From an uncultured Candidatus Micrarchaeota archaeon (GTDB lineage Archaea > Micrarchaeota > Micrarchaeia > Anstonellales > Bilamarchaeaceae): a DNA stretch of 64,000 nt. The notes beneath the pieces were generated by a model. It did no database searches. It worked only from the letters and a program-made list of their open reading frames with translations, and was not told where the DNA came from. A program made the translations under genes and the position numbers. The number at the start of each line of letters is the position of its first letter. The stretch's first letter is position 1. Below are positions 32,955 to 40,805 of this stretch, piece after piece. Where the stretch lies: the NCBI GenBank assembly GCA_963714085.1, contig OY970229.1, positions 1,408,001 through 1,472,000 on the forward strand, written 5' to 3'.

Positions 32955-34724
32955 ATGAAGGATAACATAAAATCAGCGGTCGGGCTGACCTCCTACTTCT
33001 TCTCATTACCCCCTGTGCACGTGGTGGCCCTCGCCATGCTTGCGGTCGCGTGCATCTTCGGCATCGCGTTCAATCTCTGGAACTACAGCGGCGTCGAGCT
33101 GCTCAGGCACGGCATCGTGGACGGCGCCCTGCTGCTCGCCATGCCCGCGCTGCTCACCTGCGCCGTGATCAAGCTCATGATACGGAAGATGCCGCTGCGC
33201 AGGATCGCGGCCGTGGCCCTGGCCGGAGAGGTCATATACGGGCTGGCCTACCTGGTCAGCCTGCTCCTCGTGGGGGTCAACGCCCTCATGTCCGAGCTCA
33301 TCCTCCTTCTCGGGGCCGCGCTGGTGTTCATCCTCTGGTACGCCATAGCCAGGCTGGTCTTCATACTGAAATACCGCTCCGTGCTCTTCGCCATAATCCA
33401 GCTGCTCTTCTACCTGATGTTCCTCGTCAACAGCCACATATTCGTGCTGGGGACGAGCTCGCTGGCCTACGCGGCCAGGTTCTACGTGGCCTCCTTCGTG
33501 CTCTTCGGCGCGCTCTACATATTCTTCCTCATCATCAACGCGCCCATGAAGAAGAGCTTCGGCTTCAGCTCCACGGACGCGTTCACGCTCTTCATAAGCC
33601 AGTGGCTCTACCATAACAAGGACCTGGAGAAGGCCCTGGAGAGCGTCGGCGCGAGGGTGAGGACGCTCGTAACCGTGATGGGCTTCCAGAGGGATAAGGG
33701 CGACGTCTATTTCGCGACGCCGCTCGTGCACTTCGGCCCCTTCGGCAACCTCGGGGGGAGCGAGTTCTCATACCTGCTCGCCGACACGCTGGAGAAGAAG
33801 TACGGCGCCAAGGCGTTCGTTTTCCACGGCACCGTGACCCATGACCTGAACCCGGTCTCGGCCGCCCAGCTCGAGAGCATCGTCTCGGCATGCGACAGCT
33901 GCATCGCGGAGGCCCGGTTCCGCGACGCCCAGGTCTCGCTGCTCAAGGGGAAGGAGGCCGAGTGCAGGGCCGAGGGCTTCATGATAAACGATTCCGCGTT
34001 CATCGGGCTGAGCAGGGCGCCCTACGTCACGGAGGACGTGAACCTCGGGCTCGGGCTCTTTATAATGAAGGAGGCGGAGAAGAAGGCTGACATCGCCATG
34101 GTGGTGGACCAGCACAACGCGGAGACAGGCGACATAACGAGCTTCGAGCCGGGCGACATAGTCGGCTACAACTACATGCGGGCGGTGGAGGACGCGTTCG
34201 CCAGGGGCGCCAAGAAAGGGAGCAAGCTGAAGATAGGCGTGTCCTGCAGGCCCTTCGATACCAGCCACGTGGGCAAGGCCGGGATAAAGGTCGCGGTCCT
34301 CTCTTCCTCTCCGGAGTACGTCCTCGTCCTCATAGACTCGAACGGCGTCACCCCGGAATACCGCGACGCCCTCGAGGCCAAGGTCAAGGAGGTCGGCAGG
34401 AAGCTGGGGCGGGACTGGGAGGTCGGCATCTGCACGACCGACACCCACCAGACCAACGTGGTGCGGGGGGTGGTCAATCCGCTCAAGGAGGAGGACCGCA
34501 TGCTGGCCGAGGTCGCCTCCGCGGTGGAAGAGGCCGCCAAAGACATGGCCCCGGCGAAGTTCTTCGCCGCCAAGAAGTGGTTCGACATAGACGTCCTGGG
34601 CGCCAGGCAGTCCATAGAGATAGTCTCCACCGTGAACTCCATAGTCGCGGTCGCGAAGATAACCCTTCCGCTCATCCTCATAGGCGCGATGCTGCTGTTA
34701 TTGGCGATACTGACGAAAATCTGA
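32955..34724 (+). CDS. DUF2070 family membrane protein
   Basis: Multi-TM N-terminus; VHFGPFG.LGGS, FHG..THD.NP, D.HN, DSNG, TTDTH. Confidence 0.8.
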   Translation: MKDNIKSAVGLTSYFFSLPPVHVVALAMLAVACIFGIAFNLWNYSGVELLRHGIVDGALLLAMPALLTCAVIKLMIRKMPLRRIAAVALAGEVIYGLAYLVSLLLVGVNALMSELILLLGAALVFILWYAIARLVFILKYRSVLFAIIQLLFYLMFLVNSHIFVLGTSSLAYAARFYVASFVLFGALYIFFLIINAPMKKSFGFSSTDAFTLFISQWLYHNKDLEKALESVGARVRTLVTVMGFQRDKGDVYFATPLVHFGPFGNLGGSEFSYLLADTLEKKYGAKAFVFHGTVTHDLNPVSAAQLESIVSACDSCIAEARFRDAQVSLLKGKEAECRAEGFMINDSAFIGLSRAPYVTEDVNLGLGLFIMKEAEKKADIAMVVDQHNAETGDITSFEPGDIVGYNYMRAVEDAFARGAKKGSKLKIGVSCRPFDTSHVGKAGIKVAVLSSSPEYVLVLIDSNGVTPEYRDALEAKVKEVGRKLGRDWEVGICTTDTHQTNVVRGVVNPLKEEDRMLAEVASAVEEAAKDMAPAKFFAAKKWFDIDVLGARQSIEIVSTVNSIVAVAKITLPLILIGAMLLLLAILTKI

Positions 34725-34749
34725 ACAAGATAAGCGCGCGTCCCGGAGC

Positions 34750-35412
34750 TCAGCCCCGCAGAATCTCAACTGTCTTTCGTATCTCGCCCTCGCATCTTCT
34801 GCAGAAATCCAATGCCCCATCCACGACGACCTCGACGAAGTCCATGATCCCGAAATGCTCCTGCATCAGGCAAGACTTGTCAATGCATCCCTGCTCGCCG
34901 GGCCCGTGATCGACAAGCGCGTGCCCGGCCGCGTTGCGGACGAGCAGTTCCACGGTGCGCTCGGCGGTCTCAGGTTCGAGCGCATACTCCTGGCTCCCCC
35001 TTTCGAAGGAGAACGTATCGCGCACTCCTGCCACGGTGACGAGCGCGCCGGTCTGGAATCCGCCCCTGCAGGGTACATCATCCTCGAGCCCGCGGACCAC
35101 GCCGCCCGATAAGAATATCGGCACATCTATCAGGCCGATTCCGGTCACCGCTTCCCTGTTGGACCTGGCATCGGGATTGCCGCCAAGCCCAGGCACCAGG
35201 AACGAGGTATTTATGCGCACGGGTCTTTTTGAGCCGAGCGCTCTCAGAAGCTCCGCGGCCAGTTTGACATTCTCCAGCGCCCGCTCGCTGAGCACCGCGT
35301 CCTCGGCTTTTATGCCGTATCTCTCGAAGCTCTTCAGCCCGCGGACCGCGGCCGCCACCTCTTTTGGGCTCAGGCCATCCTTGTGGACCAGCCTGAATAC
35401 CGGGTAAGTCAT
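34750..35412 (-). CDS. Archaemetzincin-like paralog 1, degenerate active site (NAAGH)
   Basis: GIGL, GALVTV.G.R..F, C-x4-C-L-M...FC..C. Start chosen from the 10-bp spacing to the shared promoter motif. Confidence 0.7.
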   Translation of the reverse strand: MTYPVFRLVHKDGLSPKEVAAAVRGLKSFERYGIKAEDAVLSERALENVKLAAELLRALGSKRPVRINTSFLVPGLGGNPDARSNREAVTGIGLIDVPIFLSGGVVRGLEDDVPCRGGFQTGALVTVAGVRDTFSFERGSQEYALEPETAERTVELLVRNAAGHALVDHGPGEQGCIDKSCLMQEHFGIMDFVEVVVDGALDFCRRCEGEIRKTVEILRG

Positions 35413-35493
35413 GCGCATGGTGTTATAGAAACAATATTTAACTGCTTCCATGACTGGGGGTTTCCAGAATCCGCCATCCCCTGCCGCGAAAAT

Positions 35494-36207
35494 CTAGTCG
35501 TCCTCGGGCTCGTGCAGCAATCCGATTTCGTTCTGTATGAGCCTTATGCATTCCCTGCAGAAACCCAATCTGACATTGATTATCTGCCTGACGAAGTGGT
35601 CGATCCCAGGTGCCGCCTGCATCAGGCAGTCGGGATGATCGCAGTGCCACTCGTCCTCTAGGGTCTTTGCGTTCCTGCCATAGCTCTCGATGAGGACATG
35701 GCCTGCCTCGTGACAGACCGCGATCTCCAAGGCGCGCATGGCGGTCTCCGGATGCTTGGTGTATTCCCCGCGCACGGTGTCGAAGCCGAAGGCGCCGCGC
35801 AGCCCTGACACGGTGACGAGCGCGCCGCCCCGGTATCTGTTGGCGCCTATCACCCTCTCCTCGGTTTTGTCCTTCGGGCTATCGACGCAAAGGAATATGG
35901 GCTCGTCGCTCAGGCCGATGCCTATGACGAGGCTACCCTGCCGGGATGCCTTCATGATATCGAAGTATTCGGGGCCGAGCCGCGGCACCAGGAAGCTATC
36001 GAACCTCATGTGCAGGGGCCCTTTCGTGCCGAGCGCATTCAGCAGCTGCCCGCCCATCCTGACTCCTTTTACCGCCTCATCGCTTATGGGCCGGACGTCG
36101 TATCGGATGTCGAACGCCCTGAACCTGTCGAGGCCTCTGGATGCGGCCGCTATCTCCGCGGCGCTCAGGCCGGGCCTGTGGATGAGGCTGAACATGACTT
36201 CCGTCAT
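35494..36207 (-). CDS. Archaemetzincin-like zinc metalloprotease paralog 2, intact HEAGH
   Basis: HEAGHVL...HCDHPDCLM...FCREC (M54-type Met-turn and Cys4 pattern). Confidence 0.75.
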   Translation of the reverse strand: MTEVMFSLIHRPGLSAAEIAAASRGLDRFRAFDIRYDVRPISDEAVKGVRMGGQLLNALGTKGPLHMRFDSFLVPRLGPEYFDIMKASRQGSLVIGIGLSDEPIFLCVDSPKDKTEERVIGANRYRGGALVTVSGLRGAFGFDTVRGEYTKHPETAMRALEIAVCHEAGHVLIESYGRNAKTLEDEWHCDHPDCLMQAAPGIDHFVRQIINVRLGFCRECIRLIQNEIGLLHEPEDD

Positions 36208-36267
36208 GCATATATTGTTATAGAAAGAATGTTTAAATGCTCCTATACCCGGACCGACGGAAGGCCT

Positions 36268-36954
36268 TCAGGCCGACCTTAGCAATCCGAGCTCCATCAT
36301 CATGCGCTCCATGCATTCCCTGCAGAAACCCAAATCGCGCCTCACGATGCGCTCGACGAAATCGCGTAATCCGGAATTCTCCTGCATCAGGCATTGGCGA
36401 TAGGGGCAGTGCGTTTCCTCGGCGGGGCTGTCGCCGCTCCTCCCATAGCTTTCAACGAGTATGTGTCCCACCTTGTGGCAGATGCCTAGCTCCAGGGCCT
36501 GCATGGCGATGTCCTGGTCCCTGCCATAGCTCCAGTTCCTGCTGTCGAAGTCGAACGCCTTGCGCAGCCCTGACACGGTGACGAGCGCGCCGCGCTGGTA
36601 TCTGGCCATGCCCATCGCCTGCTCCTGCTCCACGTCGTCATTGATGGCGAAAATCTGCGTATCCGTCAGGCCGACGCCTATGACGCCCATCCGCTCCTGT
36701 ATGAGCTGCCTGAAGTCCGTGCCCGGCTCCGACCTGAGGAATGCGATTGGATCGAGGCGCAACGGCCCGTCCGAGCCGAGCGCCTTCAGCAGCTGCCCGC
36801 CCATCCTGACGCCCTGCACAGTGTCAGCGCCTATCATCCGGACATCGTATTCCGCGCCGTAGGCCGCGAACCTCCTGAAAGCCCGTGCCGCGGCATCCAG
36901 CTCAGGGGCGGCCAGGCCGGGCTTGCAGAAGAGCGTGAATGTCGTTCTCTTCAT
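36268..36954 (-). CDS. Archaemetzincin-like paralog 3 (HKVGH)
   Basis: HKVGH...HCPYRQCLM...FCREC; high similarity to its neighbours. Confidence 0.72.
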   Translation of the reverse strand: MKRTTFTLFCKPGLAAPELDAAARAFRRFAAYGAEYDVRMIGADTVQGVRMGGQLLKALGSDGPLRLDPIAFLRSEPGTDFRQLIQERMGVIGVGLTDTQIFAINDDVEQEQAMGMARYQRGALVTVSGLRKAFDFDSRNWSYGRDQDIAMQALELGICHKVGHILVESYGRSGDSPAEETHCPYRQCLMQENSGLRDFVERIVRRDLGFCRECMERMMMELGLLRSA

Positions 36955-37002
36955 GCATATATTGTTATAGAAAGGATATTTAACTGTTCTGTTTCAAGAC
37001 GC

Positions 37003-37695
37003 TCAGACCGGCCGCAGATCCCTGAGTCCCGCCCTTATGCGGTACTCGCATGCCCTGCAGAAGCGAAATCCGGCATTCACGATGCGCCCGAGGAAGTCCT
37101 CCAGCCCGGAGCTCTCCTGCAACAGGCAGGAGCTGTTGGGGCAGTGCCGTTCTCCCATGGAGCCCCTCGCGTTCAACCCATCGGCTTCGATGAGCACGTG
37201 GCCGGCCGCCCTGAGCACGGCGAGCTCCATCGCACGCATGACTGCCTGCTCGTCCTTGTACCGTCCGGTTTCCGTGTCGAAGCCGAAGGCCTTGCGCAGC
37301 CCTGAAACGCTGACCAGCGAGCCGCGTCGGTATCTGCTCGCGTCCATCACTTCATGCTCCCTCGCATCCAATCCTACGTTGGTGGATACGAACACCCGCT
37401 CTTCGGTCAGGCCGATGCCTATGCTGCCGACACTGTCCCATAAGGACTGGTCCGGCACATCCGCCATAAGGAATACGCTGGAATCGAGATGCAGCGGGCC
37501 GCGCGTGGTGAGCGCTTTCAGCAGCTGCGCGCCCATCTTCATCTTCTCCACCGCCCCCTCGCCGATAAGCCGGACGTCAAATTGGACATTGTATTTCGCG
37601 AGGCTGTTCATGGCGCGCCTGGCGGCATAAATTTCCGTGGGCGCGATGCTGGGCTTGGAGAGGACGCTGAACATGGGCCCTTTCATTTTTCTCAT
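37003..37695 (-). CDS. Archaemetzincin-like paralog 4 (RAAGH)
   Basis: RAAGH...HCPNSSCLL...FCRAC. Confidence 0.72.
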   Translation of the reverse strand: MRKMKGPMFSVLSKPSIAPTEIYAARRAMNSLAKYNVQFDVRLIGEGAVEKMKMGAQLLKALTTRGPLHLDSSVFLMADVPDQSLWDSVGSIGIGLTEERVFVSTNVGLDAREHEVMDASRYRRGSLVSVSGLRKAFGFDTETGRYKDEQAVMRAMELAVLRAAGHVLIEADGLNARGSMGERHCPNSSCLLQESSGLEDFLGRIVNAGFRFCRACEYRIRAGLRDLRPV

Positions 37696-37743
37696 GGGTT
37701 TATTGTTATAGAAAGGATATTTAACTGCTCCCTTACCTGGGCA

Positions 37744-37795
37744 TCAGGCGCCGACCATCATCCTCAGCACGTCGCGGATGCCCGGGGCGAAGCCC
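37744..37795. repeat. 52-bp exact duplicate of the 3' end of the DUF63 gene (other copy 38597-38648)
   Basis: tcaggcgccgaccatcatcctcagcacgtcgcggatgcccggggcgaagccc at both positions. Confidence 0.95.
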
Positions 37796-37834
37796 TTGCG
37801 CGTAAATCGGCCTCATCCGGGTCCTGTAATCCTT

Positions 37835-38554
37835 TCATTCCCTCGCCAGCATCTCCGTCTCGCGCGCTATCATCCTGGCGCAGTCCTCGCAGAACTCGAG
37901 CCCCCGCCTGGCTATCTCGGTCAAATCCGTGATGTGGGTGAGCTTCTGCATGATGCATGACCAGTGCCTGCAGTTCTCGGTCTCCTTGTCATCCTGCCTC
38001 ATGCCCAAGCTCCGTATGAACACCCGGCCCATCTGGCGCGTGAGCATCGCATCCATTATGCTCGCCACGAGCTCCGGGTCGCCGTATTCCCGCCTTCGCG
38101 GGTCAATGGGCACAGTGGAATAGAACCTCTCGCGCAGTCCATACACGCTGACAAGCGCGCCCGTGCGGTACCTGCCCAGGCCAACCGGCTCGTATTCCGA
38201 CCCTCCCCTCCCTCCGATCTGCAGGCGCAATTCCTTCTCGGTCAGGCAGACGCCTATGATGCCGGGCCCGATGCGGGCCGGGTCTATGGGGCGCGTCCCA
38301 TCCATCGGCACGAGGAACGTCTGCGGGTCTATATGTGCCGCGCCTATGGCTCTTATGATCCACTCGTGGTGCCAGAACAAGCTCACGCCCCTGAGCGCAC
38401 GGCTATCGAGTTCCTGGATGTCGTACCGCAGGGGCTTCGCGGCGTCGCCTTCGGGGCCGTAAGCAGCGAACCTGTCGAGCGCCCTGCGCGCACCCTGCAG
38501 CTCCGGCTGGAGTATGCCCCGCTCGTGCAACAGCCTGAGCTTCGGTCCTTTCAT
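37835..38554 (-). CDS. Archaemetzincin-like paralog 5 (RQMGR, metal ligands lost)
   Basis: GLGRYRTGALVSV.GLR, NCRHWSCIM...FCEDC. Confidence 0.7.
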   Translation of the reverse strand: MKGPKLRLLHERGILQPELQGARRALDRFAAYGPEGDAAKPLRYDIQELDSRALRGVSLFWHHEWIIRAIGAAHIDPQTFLVPMDGTRPIDPARIGPGIIGVCLTEKELRLQIGGRGGSEYEPVGLGRYRTGALVSVYGLRERFYSTVPIDPRRREYGDPELVASIMDAMLTRQMGRVFIRSLGMRQDDKETENCRHWSCIMQKLTHITDLTEIARRGLEFCEDCARMIARETEMLARE

Positions 38555-38596
38555 AGGCCTATTGTTGTAAAAAGGATATTTAATCGTTGTGCTGGC

Positions 38597-39439
38597 TCAG
38601 GCGCCGACCATCATCCTCAGCACGTCGCGGATGCCCGGGGCGAAGCCCATTATCATCAGGACGAGCGCGATGTAGCGCTTGTCGCCCGCGTCCATGTCCT
38701 CCTTCATGACGAAATAGGCCGCTGCGAAGGACACCGCTATCTTCACCAGGTAGAACGCGAAATACGTCCGCCCTATCGTGCCGATGCCGCTCGCCACGAC
38801 ATGCTGCTCGAAGTACTGTATGCCGCTTATCCTGGAGAACACGTCTATGACGAAGAACGTGGCAGCGCCGTCCAGCGCATGGCCGGCGACGATGCCAGCC
38901 AGGACGCTGTCCCTGAAATACAGGTACGCGATGGCGGCCGGGACCGCGGCCAGCAGCATCACGGGCACCGCGTAGAGCGCGTACTGCATGAAGGGGACCA
39001 GCAGCAGGAAATGGGGGAGCCAGAGCACGAGCCCTACGTACATGAGCCATTCCATCCTCTTCATCCGATAAAGGACCGCCATGGAGACGAAGAGCAGGGC
39101 CGCGGTGACCAGGTATATCCCGGGCGAGGCGGTGAGGAAGCCGTAATCATAGATGTGCGAATTGAGCACGAGCGCATGCACCGGGGTCACGGGCTTGAAC
39201 ACCCCGCTGCCTATCGCATCCGTGACCACCCGCACGGTGGAGCCCAGGAGCACGAAGCTCAGGACGCCGCAGACGAAGCTCCGGTCGAACGCGATCTTCG
39301 TCTTCAGGTAGCGGTAGAGCAGGTAGACCGCCGCTATCGCGATGATGGCGTAGGTGAGGGTGTTCACGACGTTGTAGCCCTCGTGCGAGAGCAGCGGTTC
39401 GAGATAATAATCATTAATAAAGCTATCCAGAGTAGGCAT
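38597..39439 (-). CDS. DUF63 family membrane protein
   Basis: GYN.VNTLTYA, GS.VRV..D, PGIY, H.LD.AATF, YFEQHV, GFAPG.RD.LR. Start ATG 39439. Confidence 0.82.
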   Translation of the reverse strand: MPTLDSFINDYYLEPLLSHEGYNVVNTLTYAIIAIAAVYLLYRYLKTKIAFDRSFVCGVLSFVLLGSTVRVVTDAIGSGVFKPVTPVHALVLNSHIYDYGFLTASPGIYLVTAALLFVSMAVLYRMKRMEWLMYVGLVLWLPHFLLLVPFMQYALYAVPVMLLAAVPAAIAYLYFRDSVLAGIVAGHALDGAATFFVIDVFSRISGIQYFEQHVVASGIGTIGRTYFAFYLVKIAVSFAAAYFVMKEDMDAGDKRYIALVLMIMGFAPGIRDVLRMMVGA

Positions 39440-39442
39440 CAC

Positions 39443-39745
39443 ATGGTTGATGGCCGGAAAAAGCTTATAAAATCCAGCGTCAGGCAGTCCATAGCGAAGC
39501 TGATGGACGAGGCGCAGGACGCCTGGGCCGCCGGCAGGCCCGAGCGCGCCAGGCGCTACGCGCAGATGTCGATGGATCTCGTCAGGAAGCACAAGGTCCG
39601 GCTCAGCGAGGACCAGAAGCGCATGTTCTGCAGGAAGTGCTTCACATGGTGGGTGCCCGGAGACACCGTGAAGCTGGCCTTCGACAAGCGCCACAACGTC
39701 ATACGCATGAAGTGCGCGAACTGCGGCTACACGAGAAGGCTCTAG
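39443..39745 (+). CDS. rnp4: Ribonuclease P protein component 4 (Rpp21/Rpr2)
   Basis: ARRY......RKH..RL....KR.FCRKC...PG......C..CG..RR. Confidence 0.85.
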   Translation: MVDGRKKLIKSSVRQSIAKLMDEAQDAWAAGRPERARRYAQMSMDLVRKHKVRLSEDQKRMFCRKCFTWWVPGDTVKLAFDKRHNVIRMKCANCGYTRRL

Positions 39746-39784
39746 GACAATCATTTTTATATCTTGCTCCGCAATCCCATACTC

Positions 39785-40768
39785 ATGTTCTACGAGCTGG
39801 CAAAGCCAGATGTCGCTGAAGTCGAGAAATACATCGCTTCAGTCCTGGAGCCGGAGCGGAAGGAGGTCTACGGCATGCTCCTGCCCTACATAATGCGCGG
39901 CGGCAAGCGCATGAGGCCCATGCTCGCCATACTCTCCTGCCGGGCAGTGGGCGGGGACACGAAGGCGCTCATAAAGCCGGCCGGCATAATCGAGATGTTC
40001 CACAATTTCAGCCTCATCCACGACGACATAGCGGACAGCTCCCAGTTCAGGCGCGGCGAGCCCACGCTCCACATGAGCCACGGCACGCCGATAGCGCTCA
40101 ATTCCGGGGACGCGCTCTACACGCTCCTGCTCAAGGAGCTGGTGGGATTGGACATGCCCAGGGCGAAGCACCTGGAGCTCCAGAGGAGGTACATCGCCAC
40201 GTTCAAGCAGGTCGTGGAGGGCCAGGGCACCGAGCTCGCCTGGGAGCGCTCCGGGCGGTTCGACGTGAGCGAGGAAGAGTACCTCGCGATGATCGACGGC
40301 AAGACTTCCGCGCTCATCGGCCTCTCCTGCGAGACCGGCGCATATCTCTCGGGCGCGCCCAAGCGCGTGTGCTCGCGCCTGGCCAGGTTCGGCAAGAAGG
40401 TCGGCGCCGCGTTCCAGATACACGACGACGTGCTCAACGTCACCGGGACCTTCGAGAAGTACAAGAAGGAGATCGGAGGCGACGTCACCGAGGGCAAGCG
40501 TACCCTCATGGTGATCCACTGCCTGAAGAACTGCGACGCCGCCGAAGGGGACAGGATAAGGGCCATACTCGGAGGCCACAGCGCGAAAAAAGAGGACATA
40601 GACTACGTGGTATCCTCGTTCAGGAAGCACGGCTCTGTGGAGTACGCGCGCGGCATCTCCGCGAGGCTCGCGGCCGAAGCCCGCTCCGAGCTCTCCATGC
40701 TCGGCGCCTCGGAGGCCAGGGAGGCGCTGCTCGCGCTCTGCGACTACGCGATATCGAGGGACACCTGA
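39785..40768 (+). CDS. idsA: Polyprenyl (geranylgeranyl) diphosphate synthase
   Basis: GGKR.RP, FARM LIHDDIAD...RRG.PT, GQ, KT, SARM FQIHDD, D..EGK.T. Confidence 0.9.
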   Translation: MFYELAKPDVAEVEKYIASVLEPERKEVYGMLLPYIMRGGKRMRPMLAILSCRAVGGDTKALIKPAGIIEMFHNFSLIHDDIADSSQFRRGEPTLHMSHGTPIALNSGDALYTLLLKELVGLDMPRAKHLELQRRYIATFKQVVEGQGTELAWERSGRFDVSEEEYLAMIDGKTSALIGLSCETGAYLSGAPKRVCSRLARFGKKVGAAFQIHDDVLNVTGTFEKYKKEIGGDVTEGKRTLMVIHCLKNCDAAEGDRIRAILGGHSAKKEDIDYVVSSFRKHGSVEYARGISARLAAEARSELSMLGASEAREALLALCDYAISRDT

Positions 40769-40805
40769 CCAAAGGTTTAAATATTTGCCCCGATAATCCT
40801 TGCTC

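Larger units (their letters stand above)
35413..38590 (-). promoter_or_regulatory. Five copies of a shared promoter motif (coding-strand consensus TTAAATATCCTTTCTATAACAA), one before each paralog
   Basis: Plus-strand TTGTTATAGAAAGGATATTTAA-like sequence at ~35420, 36215, 36962, 37703 and 38562. The G of GTT(A/G)TA is 10 bp from each ATG. Confidence 0.8.

Noticed and set aside
37964..39745. 593-aa plus-strand ORF and the extended 385-aa DUF63 ORF
   Set aside because: Only the last 100 codons (Rpp21, from 39443) and the part from 39439 (DUF63) are real; the extensions are antisense shadows of each other.
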